DNA from: an uncultured Lachnospiraceae bacterium
GTDB taxonomy: Bacteria > Bacillota > Clostridia > Lachnospirales > Lachnospiraceae
Direction of reading: 5' to 3'
Assembly: GCA_902772635.1 (NCBI GenBank)
Contig: CACYBK010000099.1
Span: 4,905 to 68,904, forward strand
Length of the DNA stretch: 64,000 nt
Of the stretch, positions 14,258 through 22,849 are shown one piece after another; position 1 is the first letter of the stretch; the number at the start of each line of letters is the position of its first letter. The notes under the pieces were generated by a model. That model searched no databases and was not told where the DNA came from. It saw only the letters and a list, made by a program, of their open reading frames with translations. The translations under genes and the position numbers were made by a program.

Positions 14258-15052
14258 TTATCCCAGCGCCACATCCAGCGCCATCATCAGTGTAAAGCCG
14301 ACAGCAAACATCACAACTCCGATGTTTGAATGCTCACCCTCGCTCATCTCCGGGATCAGCTCCTCTACTACAACATAGATCATGGCGCCTGCCGCAAAGC
14401 TTAGAAGATAAGGCATGGCTGGAACGACATGCGCAGCCAGAAGGACCGTAAAGAAAGCCGCTATGGGCTCGACTGCACCGGAGAGGACACCATCGAAAAA
14501 AGCCATCCCCTTGCTTCGCCCTTCTGCGTGGAGAGGCATGGATATGATCGCACCCTCCGGAAAGTTCTGTATTGCTATGCCGAGAGCCAGAGCCAGTGCG
14601 GCGCCTGCCGTGATCTCGACGGAGCCCGAGATGAAGCCTGCATACACGACGCCGACCGCCATTCCCTCAGGGATGTTGTGAAGCGTCACCGCAAGCACCA
14701 TCATGGTCGTTCTTTTAAGGCGGCTCCTTGGACCCTCGGCCTTTTCTGCATTCATATGTAAATGAGGAACTACGCGGTCCAGAAAAAGAAGGAAGAGGAT
14801 ACCGAGCCAGAAACCAATGAGGGCAGGAAGAAAAGAAAGCTTTCCCATGGGCTGCGACTGCTCCATAGCAGGAACGAGCAGACTCCAGATCGAAGCCGCC
14901 ACCATGACTCCGGATGCAAAGCCCGTCAGAGACCGCTGTACCATCCTTGACAGCTCATTTTTCATAAGGAATACGCAGGCAGAACCCGCAGCTGTTCCAA
15001 CGAAGGGGATCAGGAGCCCCAAAAGTACATCAGTATTCACAATAGATATCAC
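14258..15052 (-). CDS. ZIP-family (ZupT-like) divalent metal transporter
   Basis: Eight-TM pattern with the conserved HNIPEGMAVG and IQNFPEGAII motifs. Confidence 0.85.
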   Translation of the reverse strand: MISIVNTDVLLGLLIPFVGTAAGSACVFLMKNELSRMVQRSLTGFASGVMVAASIWSLLVPAMEQSQPMGKLSFLPALIGFWLGILFLLFLDRVVPHLHMNAEKAEGPRSRLKRTTMMVLAVTLHNIPEGMAVGVVYAGFISGSVEITAGAALALALGIAIQNFPEGAIISMPLHAEGRSKGMAFFDGVLSGAVEPIAAFFTVLLAAHVVPAMPYLLSFAAGAMIYVVVEELIPEMSEGEHSNIGVVMFAVGFTLMMALDVALG

Positions 15053-15195
15053 CTCATCTAAAGGTTGAAGACGTTTTCGAAGATGATGAAGTTAGTCACC
15101 TCTAACATTATACGACAATTAATCTTCAAATCAAGAACCTCCAGTCTCCAAAAATATGGTATGCTATGAGGAAGATTTGAGGGGAAGATATAAAA

Positions 15196-15852
15196 ATGTC
15201 ACTTGAAAAAACGCAGACTTCCGAGAGCTTTCGCTTAAGCGCCCTGCTTTCTTTTTCCGGGGGCCTGCAGGATGCATATACCTATAATGTGAGAGACGGC
15301 ATATTTGCAAATGCCCAGACCGGAAATGTCGTACTGATGAGCCAGAGCTTTATGCAGGGAGCGTGGGAGAAGGGTCTTTCGTATATGCTCCCTCTCTTGT
15401 TTTTTGCGGCAGGGATCTTCCTTACAGAGAGGATCGAGAACAGGTTCAAACTTGGGAGCAGGATCCACTGGAGACAGATCGTTCTCTTCATAGAGATAAT
15501 AATGCTCATCGTCGTCGGCTTTCTGCCGGACAGACTTAATATGCTCGCAAACATTCTGGTCTCGTTTTCCTGCGCCATGCAGGTGCAGACCTTCAGGAAG
15601 GTGCACGGATACGGTTATGCCTCGACAATGTGTATCGGAAATCTCAGGAGCGCTACGGAAAGCCTGTCACAGTACATCAGAACAAAGGAGAGGAGATTAC
15701 TTTTTAAGTCGCTGCATTTCTTTGGTATTATCCTGATATTTGCGATAGGAGCGGGGATCGGCGGAATTCTTTCCATAAAGCTGGGCATCGGGACAATATG
15801 GATATCACCGGCGATACTTCTTGTGGTTGCATTGATGATGGTTAAAGAGTAG
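15196..15852 (+). CDS. YoaK/DUF1275-family membrane protein
   Basis: LSFSGGLQDAYTY...ANAQTGNVVL is the N-terminal signature I associate with DUF1275. Several TM helices. The stop is TAG 15850-15852. Confidence 0.7.
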   Translation: MSLEKTQTSESFRLSALLSFSGGLQDAYTYNVRDGIFANAQTGNVVLMSQSFMQGAWEKGLSYMLPLLFFAAGIFLTERIENRFKLGSRIHWRQIVLFIEIIMLIVVGFLPDRLNMLANILVSFSCAMQVQTFRKVHGYGYASTMCIGNLRSATESLSQYIRTKERRLLFKSLHFFGIILIFAIGAGIGGILSIKLGIGTIWISPAILLVVALMMVKE

Positions 15853-15972
15853 GAACCATTATGCGAAGCAACAGGACGCAGACCATACCACGAAGTGGTA
15901 TGGTGCCGCCCCGGCGAGGGGTTGCGAAGCAACAGGAGGGGGGCAGTACATATCAGGAACAGGAGGGAACAG
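15851..15972 (+). promoter_or_regulatory. Structured, repeat-containing leader upstream of the GGDEF gene
   Basis: Contains repeat copy C (15851-15870). The 15-nt direct repeat TGCGAAGCAACAGGA occurs at 15862-15876 and 15923-15937. There is a perfect hairpin CCATACCAC-GAA-GTGGTATGG (15883-15903) and duplicated AACAGGAGGG SD-like boxes (15931-15940, 15957-15966). Confidence 0.5.
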
Positions 15973-16935
15973 ATGAATATAAACAATGCTGCTATGAATG
16001 CGATCAACAGCATGTATCAGATGATAATCGCAGTCGATAATGAGACGATGTCATGCAGTGTCCTCGACTGCAATGAGGAGGTAGCTCACATTGCAAGGGA
16101 CGACAAGGATTTTTCAAAGATCTGTGAGAGGCTCTATGTAAACATTCACCCTGAAGATCGGGCTTCTTTTCTTGACTTTACAGATCCAAACTGGTTTCCT
16201 AATGAATTAAAGAACAAGGTCTATACCTCAATAGAGTGCAGGATAAGGCATTCGGACGATTCCTATTATTGGTCAAGGGTGATCTTTAGCCATGCTACTG
16301 TGGAGGACAACATATCGGGGAATGATTATCTCTTCCTCCTCGAGGATGTTAATGAAGACAAGACGAGATATATCCAGACATTGAGCGAGGAAAGGGCTCT
16401 CTTAAAGGAACTTCAGGCTCAGTATGATGCCCTCTTTGAAGAGAATATGCTCGATCAGCAGACCGGCTGCTACAACCGGAAGGGGCTTAAATATTACACT
16501 GATATAGTTCTTGATGAGGCCAGAGAGAAGGGGAAGGATCTCTTTGTCTGCGTGTCGGATCTGAATGGTCTGAAATACATGAATGACACCTTCGGCCATG
16601 CGGCCGGTGATGAGGCACTTGCGGCGATCTCATCGATACTTATAAAGTCGGCACCCCAAGGTACCCGGATCGTTCGTACCGGCGGGGATGAATTTCTGCT
16701 GTTTGCCGCACTGTCCCGTGATGACGCGGACCTTCAAAAGATGGAGGAGATGATAGAGGAAGGGATAAAAAAGTATAACGAAGAGCACGACAATCCATAC
16801 GTTGTCGGTGCGAGCTACGGCTGGGTCCTTCTTCCCGTAAAGGAGGGGATGATCGATCTTGATGAATATATCGAGATGGCTGACAAGAAGATGTATGAGA
16901 TGAAGATGGTGAAGGATGAGCACAGGAGAGGTTGA
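15973..16935 (+). CDS. Diguanylate cyclase (PAS-like N-terminus plus GGDEF domain)
   Basis: ATG 15973 has SD AGGAGGG. The GGDEF active site is intact (RIVRTGGDEFLLFA). The upstream 26 codons in the ORF track lack an SD. Confidence 0.85.
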   Translation: MNINNAAMNAINSMYQMIIAVDNETMSCSVLDCNEEVAHIARDDKDFSKICERLYVNIHPEDRASFLDFTDPNWFPNELKNKVYTSIECRIRHSDDSYYWSRVIFSHATVEDNISGNDYLFLLEDVNEDKTRYIQTLSEERALLKELQAQYDALFEENMLDQQTGCYNRKGLKYYTDIVLDEAREKGKDLFVCVSDLNGLKYMNDTFGHAAGDEALAAISSILIKSAPQGTRIVRTGGDEFLLFAALSRDDADLQKMEEMIEEGIKKYNEEHDNPYVVGASYGWVLLPVKEGMIDLDEYIEMADKKMYEMKMVKDEHRRG

Positions 16936-16944
16936 GGAAGGTGT

Positions 16945-18138
16945 ATGAAGTTCCGTAAGTTTACAAAAAAGCTGTATGATTCTCTGATCGGCCGGTTTGA
17001 TTTGTGGCAGCAGATGCTGAACATAGCTGTTATCATCGCGATCGTTGGGGCCGGGGCGTCAGTTATCATATCATTGATACTGGGAAATTCTGTTATCGCA
17101 ATACTTGCGTTTTTATTATGTGCTCTCCTCGGGGTCATATGCCTTCTTATATCGCTTCGGATGAAGGATATCACCATTGCCGCGGTATTGTATTCGGTCG
17201 TTTCAAATTTCGTTCTTTTTCCCGTCATGTTTTTTACTTCGGGCGGATACCATGGCGGCATGCCTTTATGGCTTCTTCTGGGGCTTGTTATCACATGGAT
17301 CGTTATCAAAAAGAAGATCCTTTATGTGATCTGTGTTTTGAGCCTTATCTTTCAGTGCGGCTGTATCCTGTACAGCGAGGCTCATCCGGAAACGGTTGTG
17401 CAGTTTGATTCCGAGCGTACGATAGCTTTTGATGTGGTCCAATCCCTGATCCTGGTTTCACTGATCCTTGCCCTTATCATAAAGTACATGGGCTATGCAT
17501 ACGAAAAGAAAAAAGAGGAACTTGATGAAGCGAATGCGCTGCTTGCAAAGATGAACGAGAGGATAACCCTTCAGGCCATGTATACTCTGGCAAAGACCAT
17601 TGATGCCAAGGATAAGTATACAAACGGTCACTCCATGAGAGTTGCCAAGTATTCATCCATGCTTGCAAGGAAAATGGGGCTTGATGAAGTTAAGGTAGAA
17701 GAAATATACAATATGGCTCTGCTCCATGATATTGGCAAGATCGGCGTTCCGGATGAAATTATCAACAAGACCTCATCTCTGACAGATGAAGAGTTTTATG
17801 TAATGAAGAAGCATCCCAAGACCGGATATGATATTCTATCGGAGATGTCTGAGATCAAGGATCTCGGGATCGGAGCAAGATGGCACCATGAAAGATATGA
17901 CGGAAAGGGCTATCCTGACGGACTTAAGGGGGAGGAGATACCCCTGCAGGCAAGGATCATCTGCGTTGCTGATGCTTATGATGCTATGACAAGTAATCGA
18001 AGCTACAGGTCTTCAATGTCGCAGGATAAGGTAAAAACGGAGATCATAAAGGGGTGGGGAACCCAGTTTGATCCCGGGATTGCCGATGTGATGCTTGAGA
18101 TAATAGATGAGGATAAAGAGTTTGAACTACATGGATAA
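16945..18138 (+). CDS. Membrane-anchored HD-GYP c-di-GMP phosphodiesterase
   Basis: Multi-TM N-terminus. Motifs HSMRVAKYS, LLHDIGKIGVPDEI and the canonical HHERYDGKGYP. Confidence 0.85.
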   Translation: MKFRKFTKKLYDSLIGRFDLWQQMLNIAVIIAIVGAGASVIISLILGNSVIAILAFLLCALLGVICLLISLRMKDITIAAVLYSVVSNFVLFPVMFFTSGGYHGGMPLWLLLGLVITWIVIKKKILYVICVLSLIFQCGCILYSEAHPETVVQFDSERTIAFDVVQSLILVSLILALIIKYMGYAYEKKKEELDEANALLAKMNERITLQAMYTLAKTIDAKDKYTNGHSMRVAKYSSMLARKMGLDEVKVEEIYNMALLHDIGKIGVPDEIINKTSSLTDEEFYVMKKHPKTGYDILSEMSEIKDLGIGARWHHERYDGKGYPDGLKGEEIPLQARIICVADAYDAMTSNRSYRSSMSQDKVKTEIIKGWGTQFDPGIADVMLEIIDEDKEFELHG

Positions 18139-18784
18139 GAGTAAGCTTTATATAAACGAATTGTACGAATATGCGTCCTTAATGGATATTCCCAAAGAGG
18201 GCTTTATCAATGCGAAAAATCTTAATGAATATGTTGCCACCGCTGTTGATGCTTATAAGGGCTATTCCGTGTTTCAATATATGTATGACGGAAAATATGA
18301 TGAGGTCGAATTGTCCCAAATGCTGACAATAGATTACAAAAGCTGGATAGACAGGATAGCCGGTATGTCTGTAAGTCAGAATTACGAGTCAATAGTGCTG
18401 CTCGAGCCTCCAAATGCAAAAAGGGTCGGGATGCTTGATTATATAAGGAACGCAACCCTTCCCGAGTTCAAATTGCTTTTCCGTCCAAGCCTGCATCGAT
18501 TGGAAAAATTCAGCAAATTTGCATTAAAATTGAGAAAGCAGTTTCTGGACGAAAGGACCTGGTATTTTTATATATTTGCAACCCGTCATGACGCACAGGG
18601 CAAAAAATACGGGAAGAGACTGATGAATGTATTGCTGTCCTTTGCAGAGGATAGAAATTACAGGATATGCCTTGAAACAAACAGCGACAGCAATCTTTCG
18701 ATGTATGAGCATTTCGGATTTAAAAAAATGGTTTCGTCGTGCTTCAATGATTCCATCGTCCATTATGTGATGCTGTTTGGATAA
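18131..18784 (+). CDS. GNAT-like acetyltransferase family protein
   Basis: ATG 18131 (MDKSKLYINE...) overlaps the previous gene by 8 nt. The C-terminal ...RHDAQGKKYGKRLMNVLLSFAEDRNYRICLETN...YEHFGFK resembles the acetyl-CoA binding core of GNATs. Confidence 0.6.
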   Translation: MDKSKLYINELYEYASLMDIPKEGFINAKNLNEYVATAVDAYKGYSVFQYMYDGKYDEVELSQMLTIDYKSWIDRIAGMSVSQNYESIVLLEPPNAKRVGMLDYIRNATLPEFKLLFRPSLHRLEKFSKFALKLRKQFLDERTWYFYIFATRHDAQGKKYGKRLMNVLLSFAEDRNYRICLETNSDSNLSMYEHFGFKKMVSSCFNDSIVHYVMLFG

Positions 18785-18787
18785 AAA

Positions 18788-19729
18788 ATGAATACTGAAA
18801 ATAATACAAAAAAGAATATCCAAAAGAACAAGATTTTTGGGAGCGTCATCGCTGCCGCGGTCATGTTCGCGTTGGCTTTGATAGTTTATTATTTTAAGAT
18901 ACCAAATCCCAATATGATTTTGATCGCAGGCCTTATAGTCTTTGCGTCTTTGTACGGGTACAGCGCAGGGATAGTGAGCGGGCTTATCATGATCATTTAT
19001 TCCATGTTTTTCTTTTCGGAAGAGCACAGCTTTGTTTTTTATACATCTGTCAATCTTCAAAAGCTGCTTGTCATAGTGATAGGCGTGGCCGTCAGTGTAT
19101 TGTTCATAGGCAGGCTGCACAAGGTAAAGGAACTTCACGAGAAAAAGCTCGAGGAAATGAACCGGACCCTTCGAAAGGAAAATACGACTCTTGAGGCTGC
19201 GACGATCTTCGATGCCCTTACCGGCGTCAGGAACAGGTTTTCTTTGTTAAGGGATTATGAGAATTATCTTGACGGTGATATTCATGCAATGATCCTTGAT
19301 GTTGATGATTTCAAGGGGATAAATGACTCGCATGGGCACGCCCTGGGGGATTTTGTTCTTCGGAATATCGGAAATGTGATGAGCGATGTGTTTGGTCGTG
19401 AGCACAGCTACCGCTTCGGCGGCGACGAATTCATCGTGCTGTATCCAAAAATAGAGGAAGAGAACTTTCTGGACCTGACGGAAGAACTCAAGATAAAGGT
19501 CGCTGAGATCAAATATGAGGATAATGAACTCGGCATACATTTTTCGGCCGGTTATGTTTACGGCACAGCAAGCCATCAGGATGACCTTCGGCTGATGATA
19601 AGGCAGGCGGATGACTGCCTGTATCAGGCAAAGAGAACAGGAAAGGATCAATGTGTCGGTGAAAGCTATTCCCGTGAAAAGGCACTGGAGTTGAACAGGC
19701 TGTCCGGAGCTGCCCCGATCAATAGGTGA
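18788..19729 (+). CDS. Membrane-anchored diguanylate cyclase (GGDEF)
   Basis: Three to four TM helices, a coiled coil, then the GGDEF domain (SYRFGGDEFIVLY). Starts 4 nt after the previous stop. Confidence 0.85.
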   Translation: MNTENNTKKNIQKNKIFGSVIAAAVMFALALIVYYFKIPNPNMILIAGLIVFASLYGYSAGIVSGLIMIIYSMFFFSEEHSFVFYTSVNLQKLLVIVIGVAVSVLFIGRLHKVKELHEKKLEEMNRTLRKENTTLEAATIFDALTGVRNRFSLLRDYENYLDGDIHAMILDVDDFKGINDSHGHALGDFVLRNIGNVMSDVFGREHSYRFGGDEFIVLYPKIEEENFLDLTEELKIKVAEIKYEDNELGIHFSAGYVYGTASHQDDLRLMIRQADDCLYQAKRTGKDQCVGESYSREKALELNRLSGAAPINR

Positions 19730-19749
19730 GGTGTGCCCCGTGGCACACC
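19730..19749 (+). terminator. GC hairpin directly after the GGDEF gene stop (no T tract)
   Basis: GGTGTGCC CCGT GGCACACC. Confidence 0.35.
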
Positions 19750-19754
19750 ACTAC

Positions 19755-19782
19755 TTGACAAAAAGCAAAAAAAGTGTATTAT
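19755..19782 (+). promoter_or_regulatory. Sigma-A promoter of the metal-resistance operon
   Basis: TTGACA (19755-19760), 16 nt spacer, TATTAT (19777-19782). Confidence 0.55.
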
Positions 19783-19826
19783 GAACATATGAGCAATCGT
19801 TTATATGTTCATAATACACTTTTTTT
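19767..19826. promoter_or_regulatory. Perfect 24-bp inverted repeat with a 12-nt spacer; likely an ArsR/SmtB-type operator and/or a bidirectional terminator
   Basis: AAAAAAAGTGTATTATGAACATAT (19767-19790) pairs with ATATGTTCATAATACACTTTTTTT (19803-19826). It overlaps the -10 box and contains TGAACA/TGTTCA half-sites. Confidence 0.7.
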
Positions 19827-19842
19827 CCGGCAGGAGGGAATC

Positions 19843-20061
19843 ATGAAAAAGACCTACGATATTGAAGTTGACTGTGCAAACTGTGCCGCAAAGATGGAAG
19901 AGGCAGCAAAGAAAACAGAGGGTGTAAAGGATTGCACGGTGAACTTCATGACACTGAAGATGAAGGTGGAATTTGAAGAAGGGGCAGACAAAGACAGTGT
20001 GATGCAGGAGGTTTTGAAGAACTGCAAAAAGGTTGAGTCTGACTGTGAGATCAAGCTCTGA
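19843..20061 (+). CDS. Heavy-metal-associated (HMA, CopZ-like) domain protein, 72 aa
   Basis: ATG 19843 has SD AGGAGGG. The metal-binding motif is a DCANC variant (IEVDCANCAAKMEEA) in a ferredoxin-like fold pattern. Confidence 0.8.
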   Translation: MKKTYDIEVDCANCAAKMEEAAKKTEGVKDCTVNFMTLKMKVEFEEGADKDSVMQEVLKNCKKVESDCEIKL

Positions 20062-20084
20062 TAAAAAATGAAGGGTTCCGGAAA

Positions 20085-21974
20085 ATGACAAAGAAGCAGA
20101 AGATCATGCTCTGCCGTATAATAATTACGGCAGTCCTTCTCATTATCTTTCAATTCATTCCGATTGACGGGCTGTATCGCTTTTTCATTTATCTCATCCC
20201 GTATCTCATCATTGGTTTTGACATCTTAAAGAAGGCTGCTCATGGCATTATCAATCTGAAGCCCTTTGATGAGAATTTTCTGATGGCGATAGCAACCGTC
20301 GGAGCCTTTGTGATAGCTCTCATCAATCATAGCGGAGATTATCTTGAGGCTGTCGCCGTGATGCTTTTCTACCAGATCGGGGAATTCTTCCAGTCTGTGG
20401 CTGTCGGAAGGTCGAGAAAGAATATCAGCGCTCTGATGGATATCAGACCTGATCATGCCAATATCAGAAATGATAATGGCGAGCTTGAAAGAGTAGACCC
20501 TGATGATGTTGAGATCGGCTCCGTGATCATTGTAAATCCGGGAGAGAAGATACCGATAGACGGCATCGTGATAGAAGGCAGGAGTACGCTTGATACCAAG
20601 GCTCTTACCGGCGAGAGCGTTCCCCGCACAGCCGAAAAGGATGATGAAGTGATAAGCGGCTGCATCAATATGTCCGGAGTACTTTCAATAAGGACTACGA
20701 AGGAATTCGGGGACTCAACCGTTTCAAAGATACTTGAGCTGGTTGAAGACTCGACCTCAAGAAAGTCAAAGTCCGAAGCCTTCATCACAAGGTTTGCCCG
20801 TGTCTATACTCCGGTTGTGTGTTTGTCGGCACTGGCGCTTTCGATCCTTCCCCCCCTTATCAATATTGCATTTCACAACCTTCCCGGATGGAGCGACTGG
20901 ATCTACCGTGCTCTTACTTTCCTTGTCATAAGCTGCCCCTGCGCTCTTGTGATAAGCATTCCCTTGAGTTTTTTTGCCGGGATTGGCGGGGCAAGCCGTG
21001 AAGGCGTTCTTGTAAAGGGATCAAACTATCTTGAAGCACTTTCAAAGACACGTACTGTTGCCTTTGACAAGACCGGCACCATGACCAAAGGCGTCTTTGA
21101 GGTGAACGACCTTCATCATTCATCTCTTGACAGGGAAAAACTCCTCTTTTTCGCGGCCCATGCAGAATCCGCATCAAGTCACCCGATCGCCCAAAGTATC
21201 ATAAGGGCTTACGGAAAATCCATTGACGAAACGATAGTCGCAGATGTCGAAGAGATCGGAGGCAACGGTATCAAAGCAACTGTTGACGGGCACCTTGTCG
21301 CTGCCGGAAACTCGCGCCTCATGGAAAAGCTTGGTATTTCATGCATTGACTGCCACAGTATCGGGACCATAGTCCATATAGCCATTGATAATGAGTACTG
21401 CGGCCATCTTGTGATATCCGATACCGTAAAGGAGAACGCTCATGAAGCAGTCCGCTCGCTTAAGGCGGCAGGCGTAAGAAGGACTGTAATGCTGACCGGA
21501 GACCTGAAAAGGATAGGGGAGGAAATTGCAAACAGGCTTGATATCGATGAAGTATATTCTGAGCTTCTTCCAAACGAAAAGGTGGAGGCTGTTGAGAGGC
21601 TTCTTTCTGAAAAAGAAAACGAAAAAGATATAGTCGCTTTTGTCGGCGACGGGATAAATGACGCCCCTGTCCTCGGACGCGCCGATATCGGGATCGCGAT
21701 GGGGGCTCTCGGGAGCGATGCTGCTATAGAGGCTTCCGATATAGTTTTGATGGATGACGATCCCTTGAAGATCAGCAAGGCGATCCGCATCTCAAAGAAG
21801 TGCATGAGGATAGTCTATGAAAATATCTGGTTTGCTATCGGAGTGAAGCTTGTGTGTCTCATGCTTGGGGCTCTCGGGATAGCGAATATGTGGATCGCGA
21901 TATTTGCAGATGTAGGGGTTATGATAATAGCGGTCCTTAATGCGATAAGGGCGCTCTTCGTAAAAAGACTGTGA
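20085..21974 (+). CDS. cadA: P1B-type heavy-metal translocating ATPase (Cd/Zn/Co type) with no fused N-terminal HMA domain
   Basis: CPC transmembrane metal site (VISCPCALVIS), DKTGTMT phosphorylation site, GDGINDAP hinge. The symbol is given by family resemblance only. Confidence 0.85.
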   Translation: MTKKQKIMLCRIIITAVLLIIFQFIPIDGLYRFFIYLIPYLIIGFDILKKAAHGIINLKPFDENFLMAIATVGAFVIALINHSGDYLEAVAVMLFYQIGEFFQSVAVGRSRKNISALMDIRPDHANIRNDNGELERVDPDDVEIGSVIIVNPGEKIPIDGIVIEGRSTLDTKALTGESVPRTAEKDDEVISGCINMSGVLSIRTTKEFGDSTVSKILELVEDSTSRKSKSEAFITRFARVYTPVVCLSALALSILPPLINIAFHNLPGWSDWIYRALTFLVISCPCALVISIPLSFFAGIGGASREGVLVKGSNYLEALSKTRTVAFDKTGTMTKGVFEVNDLHHSSLDREKLLFFAAHAESASSHPIAQSIIRAYGKSIDETIVADVEEIGGNGIKATVDGHLVAAGNSRLMEKLGISCIDCHSIGTIVHIAIDNEYCGHLVISDTVKENAHEAVRSLKAAGVRRTVMLTGDLKRIGEEIANRLDIDEVYSELLPNEKVEAVERLLSEKENEKDIVAFVGDGINDAPVLGRADIGIAMGALGSDAAIEASDIVLMDDDPLKISKAIRISKKCMRIVYENIWFAIGVKLVCLMLGALGIANMWIAIFADVGVMIIAVLNAIRALFVKRL

Positions 21975-21986
21975 GAGAGGCGTGAT

Positions 21987-22274
21987 ATGAAACTCAATGA
22001 AGAAGATCTTTATGACCTTGCCGAAATATTTAAGATATTCGGAGATTCTACAAGGATAAGGATACTCTATGCCCTGTTTGAAAAAGAACTCTGTGTTGCG
22101 GACATAGCCGAGAGTCTTTCAATGAACCAGTCGGCTGTCTCGCACCAGCTGCGTTTCCTGAAAACAAACCGTCTCGTTCGCTCAAGACGGGACGGTAAGC
22201 AGGTATTCTATTCGCTTGATGATGAGCATGTGAGATCCATTATCCTCGCGGGAGCTGAGCATCTCAAAGAATGA
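21987..22274 (+). CDS. ArsR/SmtB-family metalloregulator
   Basis: LAEIFKIFGDSTRIRILYAL...LCVADIAESLSMNQSAVSHQLRFLK is the classic ArsR wHTH. It is the last gene of the operon. Confidence 0.9.
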   Translation: MKLNEEDLYDLAEIFKIFGDSTRIRILYALFEKELCVADIAESLSMNQSAVSHQLRFLKTNRLVRSRRDGKQVFYSLDDEHVRSIILAGAEHLKE

Positions 22275-22281
22275 TGCGGTT

Positions 22282-22650
22282 TTAGCTCGCTTCACCCACA
22301 TGCTTTAAAAGCGCATCAAAGGTCTCGTCCGAAAGGTCGTGTTCCACCTTGCATGCGTCCTCCTTTGCGATCTCCTCATTTACGCCGAGTGAGACGAAGA
22401 ATTTCGTAAGCACCTTGTGACGGGTGTAGATCTTTTCGGCTATAGCCATTCCGCTTTCGGAAAGTGTGATAAAGCCGGATTTGTCCATTGAAAGATAACC
22501 GTTTTCGCGGAGATTCTTCACGCTGTAGCTTACTGACGGACGGGCCACATTCAGCCGGTCTGCGATATCGACTGATCTGATGTAGCCCTTCTCTTCTTTC
22601 AGCATCAGCATCGCTTCAAGATAATCCTCTGCGCTCTTTCTTATTTCCAT
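22282..22650 (-). CDS. DtxR/MntR-family metal-dependent transcriptional regulator
   Basis: MEIRKSAEDYLEAMLMLKEEKGYIRSVDIADRLNVARPSVSYSVKNLRENGYL... Start chosen at ATG 22650, with GGAGG 8 nt upstream. Confidence 0.85.
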   Translation of the reverse strand: MEIRKSAEDYLEAMLMLKEEKGYIRSVDIADRLNVARPSVSYSVKNLRENGYLSMDKSGFITLSESGMAIAEKIYTRHKVLTKFFVSLGVNEEIAKEDACKVEHDLSDETFDALLKHVGEAS

Positions 22651-22849
22651 AGGTATGTCCTCCATAATGTCTGCAATTGATCTCAGAAAACTATAACATT
22701 TTTTCATCAAAATGAACAGATAATAGCCTAAACATACTTTTGTAAGCGTATTTTAACATCTATACTGTCCATTGTTCCCTTCTTTTCAAAAAATAATAAA
22801 AAAGAGCCTCCCGATGTGGTAAAATATCTTGTTGCTGCGGAGGTTTTGT

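Noticed and set aside
15053-15195. Zur/Fur-type box in the divergent ZIP / DUF1275 promoter region (around ACATTATACGACAATTAATC)
   Set aside because: It has only weak dyad symmetry and a poor match to the Zur consensus I remember (AAATCGTAATnATTACGATTT). This is not strong enough to call.
15851-15972. c-di-GMP riboswitch upstream of the GGDEF operon
   Set aside because: I could not find the conserved GEMM-I or class II sequence blocks by eye. It is kept only as an unclassified structured leader.
15861-16040. 59-aa uORF starting at the repeat-borne ATG 15861, and the analogous antisense ORF from ATG 14205
   Set aside because: The translations (MRSNRTQTIPRSGMVPPRRG..., MRSIIFTWFRRQAAEK...) look random. 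One overlaps the ZIP gene in antisense. No support exists beyond the borrowed SD.
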